A DNA stretch of 64,000 nucleotides from assembly GCA_964538815.1 (NCBI GenBank), contig CAZIHL010000001.1:79034-143033 (forward strand). Direction: 5' to 3'. The notes beneath the pieces are model-generated. The model did no database searches. It had not been told where the DNA came from and saw only the letters and a program-made list of their open reading frames with translations. Shown piece after piece: positions 49,213-59,307 of this stretch. This stretch comes from an uncultured Candidatus Saccharibacteria bacterium (GTDB lineage: Bacteria > Patescibacteriota > Minisyncoccia > Phycocordibacterales > UBA5272). Position 1 is the stretch's first letter, and each line of letters opens with the position of its first letter. The position numbers and the translations under genes were made by a program.

Positions 49213-50217
49213 ATGAAAAAAAGAGAAGAAGATATTATAAAATATAATAATATACATACAATGTCTATTGTATTAATAATTCTATTTTTTATTTGTATTT
49301 TATTTTTTAAATCTACTCCAAAAATTTTATTTAATAATTCTTTATTATTATCAAACATATTTATATCTTTAAATAATAAAAAATATGATAATTTATTTCT
49401 AAAAACTTTAAATGATATTTCTTACAGCCATAAATATAAAGATATAGATATTAATAATAGAACAGGGCAAAAAATAATAGCTAAAAGCTATATCGTGTAT
49501 GATATTAAAAATGATAGTATAATTTTTTCTAAAAATGAAAATACGGTTTTACCTTTAGCTTCATTAACTAAAGTCGTAGCAGCAGCCACAGCTATAAATA
49601 TTAAAAATAGAGATACTTTAATAACTATTGATAGTAATAAGATGAGAGAAGATGAAATTTTAGATACAGGATTAAAAGAAGGCGAGGTGTGGCAATTAGG
49701 AGATTTATTAAAATATGGCCTGACTATATCGTCAAATGCTTCTATGGATATAATAGCTGGTTCTTTATTTGAAAAAAATATTGATTTTGTTTCAAAAATG
49801 AATAATTATGTTAAAAGTTTAGGTTTTCAGAATTTTTCTTTTAATTCAGCAAGCGGATTAGATTATGGAGATGTTATAGGTGGTTCAGGCACAGCTCTAG
49901 AATATGCTAAATTTTTATCTAAAGCTTATATATTTATACCTGATATATTAAGTTATACTATAAATTCTAAAATAAATATAGAATCTGATAATCAGAATAT
50001 TTATGCTATTCCAAATACAAATAAGGATGCCAGTAAAGCTATTGGTTTGTTAGCTTCAAAAACAGGGTATACTGATATTGCGGGGGGTAATTTAGCTATT
50101 TTAGTTGATTTTGATATCAACAGGCCTATAGCTATAATAGTATTAGGATCAACTATAAATGATAGATTTGAAGATGTTAATAAATTATATAAAATGACTA
50201 AAGATATTTTAAAATAA
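49213..50217 (+). CDS. D-Ala-D-Ala carboxypeptidase (peptidase S11)
   Basis: ASLTK (SxxK), SSN (SxN), KTG triad. Confidence 0.9.
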   Translation: MKKREEDIIKYNNIHTMSIVLIILFFICILFFKSTPKILFNNSLLLSNIFISLNNKKYDNLFLKTLNDISYSHKYKDIDINNRTGQKIIAKSYIVYDIKNDSIIFSKNENTVLPLASLTKVVAAATAINIKNRDTLITIDSNKMREDEILDTGLKEGEVWQLGDLLKYGLTISSNASMDIIAGSLFEKNIDFVSKMNNYVKSLGFQNFSFNSASGLDYGDVIGGSGTALEYAKFLSKAYIFIPDILSYTINSKINIESDNQNIYAIPNTNKDASKAIGLLASKTGYTDIAGGNLAILVDFDINRPIAIIVLGSTINDRFEDVNKLYKMTKDILK

Positions 50218-50295
50218 AATTTATCCAATTATTGTCAATATTTCATATAAAAAAATAATGATATAATAAAAAATATTCTCAATCTAAACAAAATT

Positions 50296-51399
50296 ATGCC
50301 AGGACCAATAAGTGCACAAAATTTAGAATTAGCATTATCTTCTTTATCTATTTTTAAAATTTTGTGGCCTAGTATCACAGCATTTATTATTGGTGTTTTT
50401 TTGACTCCTATTATTTCTAAAATACTATATAAATCAAAATTGTGGAAAAAAAAGAATATTTCTACAACAATAGATGGAGAAAAAGCTACAATAACAGCAT
50501 CTATTTTAAATGATGGTAAAAGAGAAACACCTAGAATGGGGGGTTTAATTATAATTTTTTCAGTTTTATTTTCAATTTTATTTTATTATTTTCTTTCAGA
50601 AATTTTAAGTTTCAATATATTTAATAAATTAAATTTTATTTCAAGAAATCAAACTTGGTTACCGATAGCAATATTTATTTTTGCGTCATTAATAGGTGCT
50701 GTGGACGATTTAGCATCTGTTGGCAAATTAAAAATAACTAACAAACATGGTGAACCTGGATTATCTTTAAAATATAGATTGTTTTTTATAGTTATTTTTG
50801 CAATATTGGCAGGATGTTGGTTTTATTTTAAATTAGATTTCACTACTTTACATATTCCATTTATAGGTGACATTATATTAGGCAAATATATAATTTTATT
50901 ATTTATTTTATTATTTATGGGCACTTATGGAGCTTCAAATATAGATGGATTAGATGGCTTGTCAGGCGGACTTTTTGCAATACTATTTTCTAGTTATGGA
51001 TTTATAGCTTTGATAAATAATCAAATAGATATAGCAACTTTATGCTTTGTAGTAGTAGGAGCTACTTTAGCATTTTTATGGTTCAATATACCGCCCGCTA
51101 GATTTTATTTATCAGAAACTGGTTATATGCCATTATCTATATTATTAGCCATAATAGCTATTATGACTAACGCTGTATTATTATTAATAATAATAGCTAT
51201 GCCTTTTGTATTAACAGAATTTACAACAATAATACAATTATTATCTAAAAAATTTAGAAAGAAAAAAATATTTCCAGTAACTCCAATACATAATACTTTT
51301 ATTTATATTGGGTGGTCTAAAGAAAAGGTTGTTATGAGATATTGGATATTTGGCATTATGTCTGCTCTTTTTGGTATAGCTTTATATATTATTTCTTAA
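50296..51399 (+). CDS. mraY: phospho-N-acetylmuramoyl-pentapeptide transferase
   Basis: TPRMGG, DD, NIDGLDGL, FLWFN.PPA. Confidence 0.93.
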   Translation: MPGPISAQNLELALSSLSIFKILWPSITAFIIGVFLTPIISKILYKSKLWKKKNISTTIDGEKATITASILNDGKRETPRMGGLIIIFSVLFSILFYYFLSEILSFNIFNKLNFISRNQTWLPIAIFIFASLIGAVDDLASVGKLKITNKHGEPGLSLKYRLFFIVIFAILAGCWFYFKLDFTTLHIPFIGDIILGKYIILLFILLFMGTYGASNIDGLDGLSGGLFAILFSSYGFIALINNQIDIATLCFVVVGATLAFLWFNIPPARFYLSETGYMPLSILLAIIAIMTNAVLLLIIIAMPFVLTEFTTIIQLLSKKFRKKKIFPVTPIHNTFIYIGWSKEKVVMRYWIFGIMSALFGIALYIIS

Positions 51400-51407
51400 T
51401 ATTTTTT

Positions 51408-52520
51408 ATGAAGAATTTGTTTGGTAATCTAAAAATAGATAAATATTTATTGATTTCCATAGTTATCTTGATAATTATAGGGGTAGTAACTTTTTTATCA
51501 GCATCATTAGGTATTTTAGCAAATGATGAATTGAAATTTTTTTCAATAATAAAATCACAGCTTATATTTGTTTTTTTATTTGGTAGTACAGCCTTATTTT
51601 TGGGTTCTAAAATAAATTATAAATATTATAAAAAATATGCGTTTTATATATTTTTATTTACTTTCTTAATGACTTTTACAGTTTTTGTTCCTGGATTACA
51701 GTTTTATTATAATGGTGCGTATAGATGGATACATATTTTTGGATTATCAATACAACCAAGTGAATTATTAAAATTTGGGAGTATTGTTTTTATGTCTTTT
51801 TTTTGTGTAAAGTATAGTAAATATTTTAAAGATTTTAAAATCGGCCTCATACCTTTCATTGTTTTTGTTTTAATGATAGCTAGTGTTTTATTATTGCAAC
51901 CAGATTTTGGTACTTTTTCTATTATTTTATTCCCAGTCTTTATAATATATATTATAGGAGGCGCAAAAGCTAAGCATGTTTTATTTTTAACGATCACAGG
52001 ATTATTATTATTTTTTACTTTAGTAGAAATGAGGCCTTATATGAAAGAGAGACTTTTAACCTTTATGAACCCTTCTAGAGAGTCTTTAGATGCTGGATAT
52101 CAATTAAATCAATCTTTAATAGCAGTAGGGTCTGGCGGTTTATTCGGTAGGGGTCTTGGACAATCTATACAAAAGTTTAATTATTTACCAGAACAAATAT
52201 CAGATTCAATTTTTGCTGTTTATGCAGAAGAATTTGGATTTGTAGGATCTTTAATTTTATTAACTTTATTTTTATTTATAATAAGTAGAGGGCTTTATAT
52301 TTCAAAAATGTCTCAAGATACTTTTGGAAGACTTTTATCTGTAGGTATAATTTCAACTTTCTTTTTCCAGATAATTTTAAATATAGGTTCTTCTATAGCG
52401 TTAGCCCCATTAACAGGAGTACCTTTGCCTTTATTTTCAAAAGGGGGCACATCTTTTGTTTTTATAATGTTTGAATTGGGAGTACTTTTAAATATATCAA
52501 AATATAAAATCAGAATATGA
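51408..52520 (+). CDS. ftsW: SEDS family protein FtsW
   Basis: QPSE..K, QPDFGT, YLPE..SD.IFA, TGVPLP; between mraY and murG; start moved to 51408. Confidence 0.9.
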   Translation: MKNLFGNLKIDKYLLISIVILIIIGVVTFLSASLGILANDELKFFSIIKSQLIFVFLFGSTALFLGSKINYKYYKKYAFYIFLFTFLMTFTVFVPGLQFYYNGAYRWIHIFGLSIQPSELLKFGSIVFMSFFCVKYSKYFKDFKIGLIPFIVFVLMIASVLLLQPDFGTFSIILFPVFIIYIIGGAKAKHVLFLTITGLLLFFTLVEMRPYMKERLLTFMNPSRESLDAGYQLNQSLIAVGSGGLFGRGLGQSIQKFNYLPEQISDSIFAVYAEEFGFVGSLILLTLFLFIISRGLYISKMSQDTFGRLLSVGIISTFFFQIILNIGSSIALAPLTGVPLPLFSKGGTSFVFIMFELGVLLNISKYKIRI

Positions 52521-52533
52521 TAAAATTAAATGT

Positions 52534-53649
52534 ATGAAATTAGTTTTAACTGGAGCTGGAGGTGGACATTTTTATCCGTTAATAGCCGTGTCGGAAAAAA
52601 TTATAAAAGAAGTAGAAAAACAACAAATTTTAAATGTTGAAACATATTTTTTTTCTGATAAAAATTATGATAAAAATTTATTGGAAAGTAAAAAAATAAA
52701 ATTTGTAAAGATTCCAGCTGGTAAACTCCGCTTATATTTTTCTATTCAAAACTTCTTTGATCCATTTAAATCTATTTTTGGTTTTTTTGTTGCGCTTTGG
52801 AAATTATTTATAATTTATCCTGATGTTGTATTTGTAAAAGGAGGGTATTCTAGTATGCCCGTTACTCTTGCTGCAAAGTGTTTATTTATTCCTATATTTG
52901 TACATGAGAGCGATTCTGTCCCTGGGAAAACAACTCAATTTGCTGGAAGATTGGCGAAACGTATTGCTGTAAGTTATGCCGCAGCTACCAAATATTTTAA
53001 TATTAAAAAAACCGCATATACAGGGCAACCAATTATGGAAGAGTATCTTCCGACAAAGGAAAAATTAGACAGAAAGTTTATAAATTATTCTGAAGATAAA
53101 AAGAAAACTATTTTGATTTTAGGTGGTTCACAAGGTAGTGAAACAATCAATAATATGCTTTTAGAATGTTTACCTGATTTACTACAAAAGTATAATGTTA
53201 TTCATCAAGTTGGTCCAAATAATGTAAACTCCATTAAAATCTCTAGTGAAATATTATTAAAAAATAATCCTTATAGGGACAATTATAAATATTTTTCTTT
53301 TGGAGATCTTTCTCGTCATTATGAAGTAGCTGATGTTTGTATAACTCGTGCAGGATCAAGTTTGTTTGAACTTTCCGCTTGGGGAATACCATCGATTATT
53401 ATACCTATAACTAACAGTAATAATAATCATCAAATGACTAACGCTTTTACTTTTGAAAAAGCTGGCTGCTCTATTGTGATAGAAGAAATTAATTTAAAAA
53501 GAAATTTATTTATAAATGAAATAAATTCTGTTTTGGGAGATAATAAAAGACATGAATTAATGCAGTTTAATAATTTAAATAGCTTCAAGCCGGGTGCCGC
53601 AGAAAAAATTGCAGAAGAAATAGTAAAAATTGGTTTATCGCATATATAA
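52534..53649 (+). CDS. murG: MurG glycosyltransferase
   Basis: GGGHFYP, KGGY, HESD..PG, GGSQGS, RAG. Confidence 0.95.
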   Translation: MKLVLTGAGGGHFYPLIAVSEKIIKEVEKQQILNVETYFFSDKNYDKNLLESKKIKFVKIPAGKLRLYFSIQNFFDPFKSIFGFFVALWKLFIIYPDVVFVKGGYSSMPVTLAAKCLFIPIFVHESDSVPGKTTQFAGRLAKRIAVSYAAATKYFNIKKTAYTGQPIMEEYLPTKEKLDRKFINYSEDKKKTILILGGSQGSETINNMLLECLPDLLQKYNVIHQVGPNNVNSIKISSEILLKNNPYRDNYKYFSFGDLSRHYEVADVCITRAGSSLFELSAWGIPSIIIPITNSNNNHQMTNAFTFEKAGCSIVIEEINLKRNLFINEINSVLGDNKRHELMQFNNLNSFKPGAAEKIAEEIVKIGLSHI

Positions 53650-53703
53650 GAATTGGGAAAACCTTTATTTTATGCTATATTTTGAATATTAATTCACTTT
53701 ACT

Positions 53704-55086
53704 ATGTCAGAAAACAAGAAAGTAATAACTAGATTTGCTCCAAGTCCAACAGGATTTCTTCATATAGGGGGTGCAAGGACAGCTCTTTTTAACTATATTT
53801 TTACCAAACAAAAAGAAGGGAAAATAATTTTAAGAATAGAAGATACAGATACGGAAAGAAATAAAGAAGAATTCACGCAAGGAATTTATGATGCTTTTCT
53901 ATGGCTTGGATTTGAATTTGATGAGACTAAAAAACAGTCAGATAATTTTAGTGTTCATAGAAATTATTTAGAAAAATTAATCACTACTGGACATGCTTAT
54001 ATTTCTAAAACAGATGAGAAAGAAATAGAAGAAGCTAAAAAAGAAGGAAAAACTTTGAGAGAAAAAGTTATTCGTTTTAAAAATCCAAATAAGGTTATAA
54101 CTTTTACTGATATGATCCGTGGTGAAGTTTCGACTGACACTACTGACTTAGGAGACTTTGTTATTGCAAAGAGTTTAGATGAGCCAATATTTCACTTATC
54201 AAACGTAGTAGACGATATTTTAATGGGTGTAAATCACATTATTCGTGCAGAGGAGCATATTGCTAATACTCCAAGACAAATACTTATCTGGGAGGCAATA
54301 AACGAAGCTCCAAGGCCTGTTTACGGACATATTCCTCTTATACTCTCACAGACTAAAGAAAAGCTCTCAAAGAGAAAACATGGCGAAATGGCATCTGTTG
54401 AATATTATAAAAATAATGGCTACTTAAAAGATGCTTTTATAAATTTCATAGCTTTCCTAGGATGGAATCCAGGAGGCGAAAGAGAAATATATTCACTAAA
54501 CGAAATAATAAAAATATTTGATATTTCTAAAGTCCAAAAAGGAGGGGCTGTATTTAATATTGAGAAATTGAACTGGTTTAATAAAGAATATATCAAGCTT
54601 CAGCATGAAGAAGAACAGATAAAATGTATTAAGAAATTCTTACCAAATTCTGATAAATATGGTGATGAATTAATTAAAAAAATGCGACCTATAATAGTAG
54701 ACAGGATTAGTCATTATGGAGAATTGAAAGTAATGGATGAAGCTGGAGAATTTTCATATTTCTTAGAAGCTCCTAGTTTTGATTCATCTACTCCTGAAAA
54801 AGTGATTGCGAAAATAATTTGGAAAAAATCCGACAAAGAAAAAACAATAGAAAATTTAAACTCTTTAAAAAATATTTTAGAAAAGGGGAGAAATATAGAA
54901 GAAGTTTGGCAAAAGATTTATAGTTTAGCAGAAGAGAAAGGTAAAGGAGATATACTTTGGCCATTGCGATATTCACTATCAGGAAAAGAAAAGTCTCCAG
55001 ATCCAAAGACCTTACTTGAAATTTTGGGTATAAATGAATCTAAAAATAGAGTTAATTTTGCTTTGGAAGATCTACAAAATTCTTAA
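53704..55086 (+). CDS. gltX: glutamate--tRNA ligase
   Basis: RFAPSPTG.LHIGG, RIEDTD, KLSKR. Confidence 0.97.
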   Translation: MSENKKVITRFAPSPTGFLHIGGARTALFNYIFTKQKEGKIILRIEDTDTERNKEEFTQGIYDAFLWLGFEFDETKKQSDNFSVHRNYLEKLITTGHAYISKTDEKEIEEAKKEGKTLREKVIRFKNPNKVITFTDMIRGEVSTDTTDLGDFVIAKSLDEPIFHLSNVVDDILMGVNHIIRAEEHIANTPRQILIWEAINEAPRPVYGHIPLILSQTKEKLSKRKHGEMASVEYYKNNGYLKDAFINFIAFLGWNPGGEREIYSLNEIIKIFDISKVQKGGAVFNIEKLNWFNKEYIKLQHEEEQIKCIKKFLPNSDKYGDELIKKMRPIIVDRISHYGELKVMDEAGEFSYFLEAPSFDSSTPEKVIAKIIWKKSDKEKTIENLNSLKNILEKGRNIEEVWQKIYSLAEEKGKGDILWPLRYSLSGKEKSPDPKTLLEILGINESKNRVNFALEDLQNS

Positions 55087-55131
55087 TATTTTAACTTGTA
55101 ATTTTTCTAAAAAGATTGTATTATGCAGGAC

Positions 55132-55245
55132 ATGTTAATACATATAACTTTGGCCAATTTTCTTATATTACTATTCATATTATTTATGATTGGTATAGTT
55201 TTTGGCTTTTATATGACTTTGGAGAAGGAAAAATTTTTCGGGTAA
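55132..55245 (+). CDS. putative 37-aa single-TM peptide (not in ORF track)
   Basis: Manual translation MLIHITLANFLILLFILFMIGIVFGFYMTLEKEKFFG*; ends 4 nt before the next ATG. Confidence 0.4.
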   Translation: MLIHITLANFLILLFILFMIGIVFGFYMTLEKEKFFG

Positions 55246-55249
55246 TAAT

Positions 55250-55495
55250 ATGATATTAGAGATATATTTATTTAGATTTATATTTTTTTGTTTAGGTGCA
55301 TTTCTCTTTGGGTATTACGTAGTCTACCAGACTATTGTAAAAGGAAATCACAAAAATGGCTTTAATACATTTTATTTCTTTAATAAAATTAAACTTCCAA
55401 ATTTATTTGAATGGATTTGGAGTTTAATAGTAAATATTTTAAAGATTATTACTGGTGGAAAAATAGAATTAGAAAAATTTGAAATAAAAAAGTAA
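55250..55495 (+). CDS. small hypothetical membrane protein
   Basis: 81-aa ORF with N-terminal TM helix. Confidence 0.5.
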   Translation: MILEIYLFRFIFFCLGAFLFGYYVVYQTIVKGNHKNGFNTFYFFNKIKLPNLFEWIWSLIVNILKIITGGKIELEKFEIKK

Positions 55496-55718
55496 TACAA
55501 TATATATTTATTATTGTAAAGGTTGTATACATTTGTCTGCTTGATACAATTGTAATTGAGGGGAGATAAGAAAATCCCACATTCTTGTCTCTCCTTTCAA
55601 AATTAAATATAAAATAGTCTAGGAACTATTTACAAAATACACGTCCTCAATGCGTGTGTTTTGTTTTATATTTGTGTATACTGTTATTGCAAACAAGTTC
55701 TTTAATTTAAAATTTTAA

Positions 55719-55931
55719 TTGATGATTTCATTTGAAGATCTTAAAAAGAATTACTCTGCAGCAAAAACTCAAGAAGCAAGAGGGGAGATACTACAAAGAA
55801 TGTTAGAAAGGGCTATGATCGATGATCATTATAAATGGCTTGAGAAGAATTCTTTTATAAGTAGAATTAAGAGTCGCGCCAAAGCAGAAAGAAAAAGAAT
55901 AGCAGGAGAAGTAGATCCAAAGCCTGTATAA
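55719..55931 (+). CDS. small hypothetical protein
   Basis: 70-aa ORF ending in a terminator (AAAGCCTGTATA/TATACAGGCTTT, 55919-55946). Confidence 0.6.
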   Translation: MMISFEDLKKNYSAAKTQEARGEILQRMLERAMIDDHYKWLEKNSFISRIKSRAKAERKRIAGEVDPKPV

Positions 55932-56106
55932 AAATATACAGGCTTTTTATTTTTTGCTACTTTTTAAGTATTTAAGGTTATGGGGAGAATTATATATATT
56001 GTCGCACAATATATCTTTTACGACTATATATATTAAAATAAAGCTTTATTATTAAATAAAATAAAAGCCTAAGATTTAAACTCAGACTTTTAAACTTGTA
56101 TTCTTT

Positions 56107-57177
56107 TTATTCTTCTATAATCCTAATCAATCCTGTCACCAATACTGTTTTCTTTAAATTTGTATTTAGGTTTAGATTTCTTTCTATCTCTAATAGCTTG
56201 TATAAATTATTTGATGAGATTATTTTAGGATATTTATCAGATAATTCTTTAGCTTTCACAAGTAGTTTTTCCCCTGTCTGTTTCCCAAAAATTTCGTTAG
56301 CCTTAGCTGTGTCTATAAATCTCATATATAGGGCTAGTTCAAATATTCGGACAATATCAAGATAAGCTCTATCTACAAGTGCGGCTGTTTCTAGTTTTAA
56401 ATTATTTACTGCGGCAAGTAATTTTGAAATATCTTTTTCTCCTAAACCTTCTACAATAGTTAAAACTTCGTCTTCAGATATAGTTCCAAGTATATCTTCA
56501 ACGTCTTTTAAAGTAATTTCTTTTTTATTACTTGTATTAAAAACTTTTTCAAGTACTCCTAGCGTATCTCTAAATGATCCGTGACCTTCAAGAGCAATTT
56601 TATTTTTAGCTTTCTCATCAATCTCTATTTCTTCTTTTTTAGAAATAGTTGTGATGAGTTTTTCAATAGTATCTACGCTCGGTGAAGCAAAATTTATTTC
56701 TTGGCAGCGAGAGATGATTGTACTTGGTATCTTATGTCTATCTGTAGTAGCAAGTATAAAGATCACATGTGCTGGAGGCTCTTCTAAAGTTTTTAAAAGT
56801 GCATTAAAAGCAGCCTTGGAAAGCATGTGAGCTTCGTCTAATATGTATACTTTATATCGCGACCCAAATGTTGAAGTTTGTGTTGCGTCTATTATAAGTC
56901 TAATATCATCTACACTATTATTACTAGCAGCATCGAGCTCAAAGATATCGTCTGGAGAGCATCCAATCTCTTTAGCAAAGATTCTGGCTGCTGTAGTCTT
57001 TCCAGTACCACGATCTCCTGAGAATATATAAGCGTGATAGATTTTACCAGTTTTAATAGCATTTTTAAGTGTCTCTAATGCTAATTCTTGGCCTACAACG
57101 TCTTTAAAATCACTAGGTCGGTATTTTCTATATAGAGCTAAATGAGGAGTATTTTGAGTAGTTTTATCAGTTTTCAT
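56107..57177 (-). CDS. dnaX: DNA polymerase III gamma/tau (gamma-length)
   Basis: LYRKYRP, GTGKTT, DEAHML, LKTLEEPP, SRC. Confidence 0.95.
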   Translation of the reverse strand: MKTDKTTQNTPHLALYRKYRPSDFKDVVGQELALETLKNAIKTGKIYHAYIFSGDRGTGKTTAARIFAKEIGCSPDDIFELDAASNNSVDDIRLIIDATQTSTFGSRYKVYILDEAHMLSKAAFNALLKTLEEPPAHVIFILATTDRHKIPSTIISRCQEINFASPSVDTIEKLITTISKKEEIEIDEKAKNKIALEGHGSFRDTLGVLEKVFNTSNKKEITLKDVEDILGTISEDEVLTIVEGLGEKDISKLLAAVNNLKLETAALVDRAYLDIVRIFELALYMRFIDTAKANEIFGKQTGEKLLVKAKELSDKYPKIISSNNLYKLLEIERNLNLNTNLKKTVLVTGLIRIIEE

Positions 57178-57293
57178 ATATAGATTTTACTATAAAAATC
57201 AAGCATTTTAAAACTTGACTTATATTTATCTATAGTGTATAATCTAAAAGGACATGTAAAATTATTATTTTAAAACTTAAAAATTCTTTTCAA

Positions 57294-57515
57294 ATGGAAA
57301 AAATAAGCCAAAAAATAGAAATAGTAAGAAATAAAATTCTTATTATAATGAGGTTCCAAAAATTTTTAATTTTCAAATTAAAAAAAAATGGATGGGGTAA
57401 CTTGGAAACTAAAAAATTGCTTTCAAAATTAGAAGAAGCTAGAATTCAAGAAGAACAACATTATAAGAATTTATATTATCTAGAAATGAAGTTAAATACT
57501 TTTATTTCTAGGTAA
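57294..57515 (+). CDS. small hypothetical protein
   Basis: 73-aa ORF with upstream TTGACT..TG-TATAAT promoter and downstream hairpin 57536-57572. Confidence 0.5.
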   Translation: MEKISQKIEIVRNKILIIMRFQKFLIFKLKKNGWGNLETKKLLSKLEEARIQEEQHYKNLYYLEMKLNTFISR

Positions 57516-57571
57516 TTTCAATTCCCAAAGAATATAAAAACACTTTTAATTCAAATAATTAAAAGTGTTTT

Positions 57572-58645
57572 TTATTTTAATTTATTTTTTATAAATTCAT
57601 CTGCTATCTTTTTTATTTCTTTATAATCTTTACCATTCATTAAATCATTTCTTAAATCTTTTGCTCCATCAAATCCATTCACATACGCCTTATAATGCTT
57701 CTTCATTATATTAAAACTTTTTATTTTAGTTAATTTCTTTTCAAAAAGTTTAGTATGTTCTTTCATTACTTCTAGTCTAAATAAAATATTATTCTTCCCC
57801 TTTTTTGTTTCAATATTTTGATCATTTCTTTTTTCAAACTCCTTTTCGTCAAAAAACCAAGGTGTACCAAATACTCCCCTACCAATCATAACTCCATCAG
57901 CGCCACTGTCTTTAGTTTTTTCTTTAGCTTCTCGGACACTTTTAATATCACCATTTAAAAGAATAATAGGAGTTTTTAAATTATTTTTTTCGCAATAATT
58001 TTTTATAAATTTTACTATGTCTTTTGATAATTCCCAGTGAGCTCCCACAAGAGACAATTCTTTTCTGGTGCGAAGATGAATACTAAAAATGTCAGGCTCT
58101 ACATCAAGGATAATTGGAAACCAAGTTTTGTATTCAATTTTATTGTATCCAAGTCTTGTTTTTACTGAAAAAGAAAAATAACTTTTAGATTTTTTATTTA
58201 TATCATTTACTAACTCTCTTGAAGCAGAAAGAATTTCTTTTGAAAGATTTGGATGTTTTATCATAGCGGACCCAGAGAGTTGCTTTTCAATACTTCTGTC
58301 AGGACATCCCATATTTATATCTACTCCATTAAATCCTAATTTATGAGTGAGTTTTATAGCTTCTAAAATATTTTCTTTTTTAGAACTAAATATTTGAGCA
58401 AGTATTGGATACTCGCTTTTTTTATCAAAGACAAAATCATGAAGTAATGCACTTCTTCCTGAGCTTGCGAGTCCATCAGCTGAAACAAACTCAGTCCAAA
58501 AAATATCAGGCCCTGCTGGACGAGAATATTTTGCGAGCATTTTTCTAAAAACTTGATCTGTTACATCGGCCATTGGAGCTAACGCTAAAATAGCTTTTCC
58601 TTTTTCAGATTTCTTTTTTAATTCTTCTATAAATTTTTTAACCAT
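57572..58645 (-). CDS. dus: tRNA-dihydrouridine synthase
   Basis: LAPMA, DINMGCP, SVKTRLG, NGDI, GVMIGRG. Confidence 0.93.
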   Translation of the reverse strand: MVKKFIEELKKKSEKGKAILALAPMADVTDQVFRKMLAKYSRPAGPDIFWTEFVSADGLASSGRSALLHDFVFDKKSEYPILAQIFSSKKENILEAIKLTHKLGFNGVDINMGCPDRSIEKQLSGSAMIKHPNLSKEILSASRELVNDINKKSKSYFSFSVKTRLGYNKIEYKTWFPIILDVEPDIFSIHLRTRKELSLVGAHWELSKDIVKFIKNYCEKNNLKTPIILLNGDIKSVREAKEKTKDSGADGVMIGRGVFGTPWFFDEKEFEKRNDQNIETKKGKNNILFRLEVMKEHTKLFEKKLTKIKSFNIMKKHYKAYVNGFDGAKDLRNDLMNGKDYKEIKKIADEFIKNKLK

Positions 58646-58647
58646 AT

Positions 58648-59307
58648 TTATTGTATATTTGTAGTTGAAGAATTTTCAATAATAGTAGATGAAGACGCTG
58701 TTTCGTTAGTATTTTTTGTATTTTTTATAGATTTTTCGTCAGATTTTTTTTCATTTGATACAATATTAAGATTTGCATTTTTAAATTTATAAAAAACTTT
58801 ATTTGAAAATCTTAAGTCTATATAGTCTAAGTTTTCTAAATCATTTTTGATTTTTGTCTTTAATGGTTCAACATCAATTACTGAAACAAAAGTTATCCAA
58901 ACATAATCAGCTTTATCATTTATATTTACATAAATATATCCAGAGTTATCTTTTGTATTATTTAAAAATAATTTCATATCTCCATTTGATAAAATTTCAC
59001 TAGAAGAAGAGAATTCTAAATCTTTACTTGGAAGTCTAGTTTTAAAAATAGAAACAAAATCATTATTATCCGTGTTCTCTACAATATTTTCAGAATTATT
59101 ATTTTTTACAAAAATAGATTTTGTGTCTTGCCAAAGATTATTTAAATCAATGACTCTTTCTTTATTTAAAAAATATAAAATTAGGACAATTAAAGCCAAA
59201 AGAAAGATAAATAAAAATCTCTTAAAACTTTTTTTTAATTTTCTTCTTTTTCTATTTTTCATTTTTGTATTATTTAAATAATAATTATTGTATTTTTTCT
59301 CTTCCAT
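58648..59307 (-). CDS. bitopic protein, possibly a reduced FtsQ/DivIB
   Basis: Basic N-terminus, one TM helix, C-terminal YIDLRF.NKVFYK. Confidence 0.55.
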   Translation of the reverse strand: MEEKKYNNYYLNNTKMKNRKRRKLKKSFKRFLFIFLLALIVLILYFLNKERVIDLNNLWQDTKSIFVKNNNSENIVENTDNNDFVSIFKTRLPSKDLEFSSSSEILSNGDMKLFLNNTKDNSGYIYVNINDKADYVWITFVSVIDVEPLKTKIKNDLENLDYIDLRFSNKVFYKFKNANLNIVSNEKKSDEKSIKNTKNTNETASSSTIIENSSTTNIQ

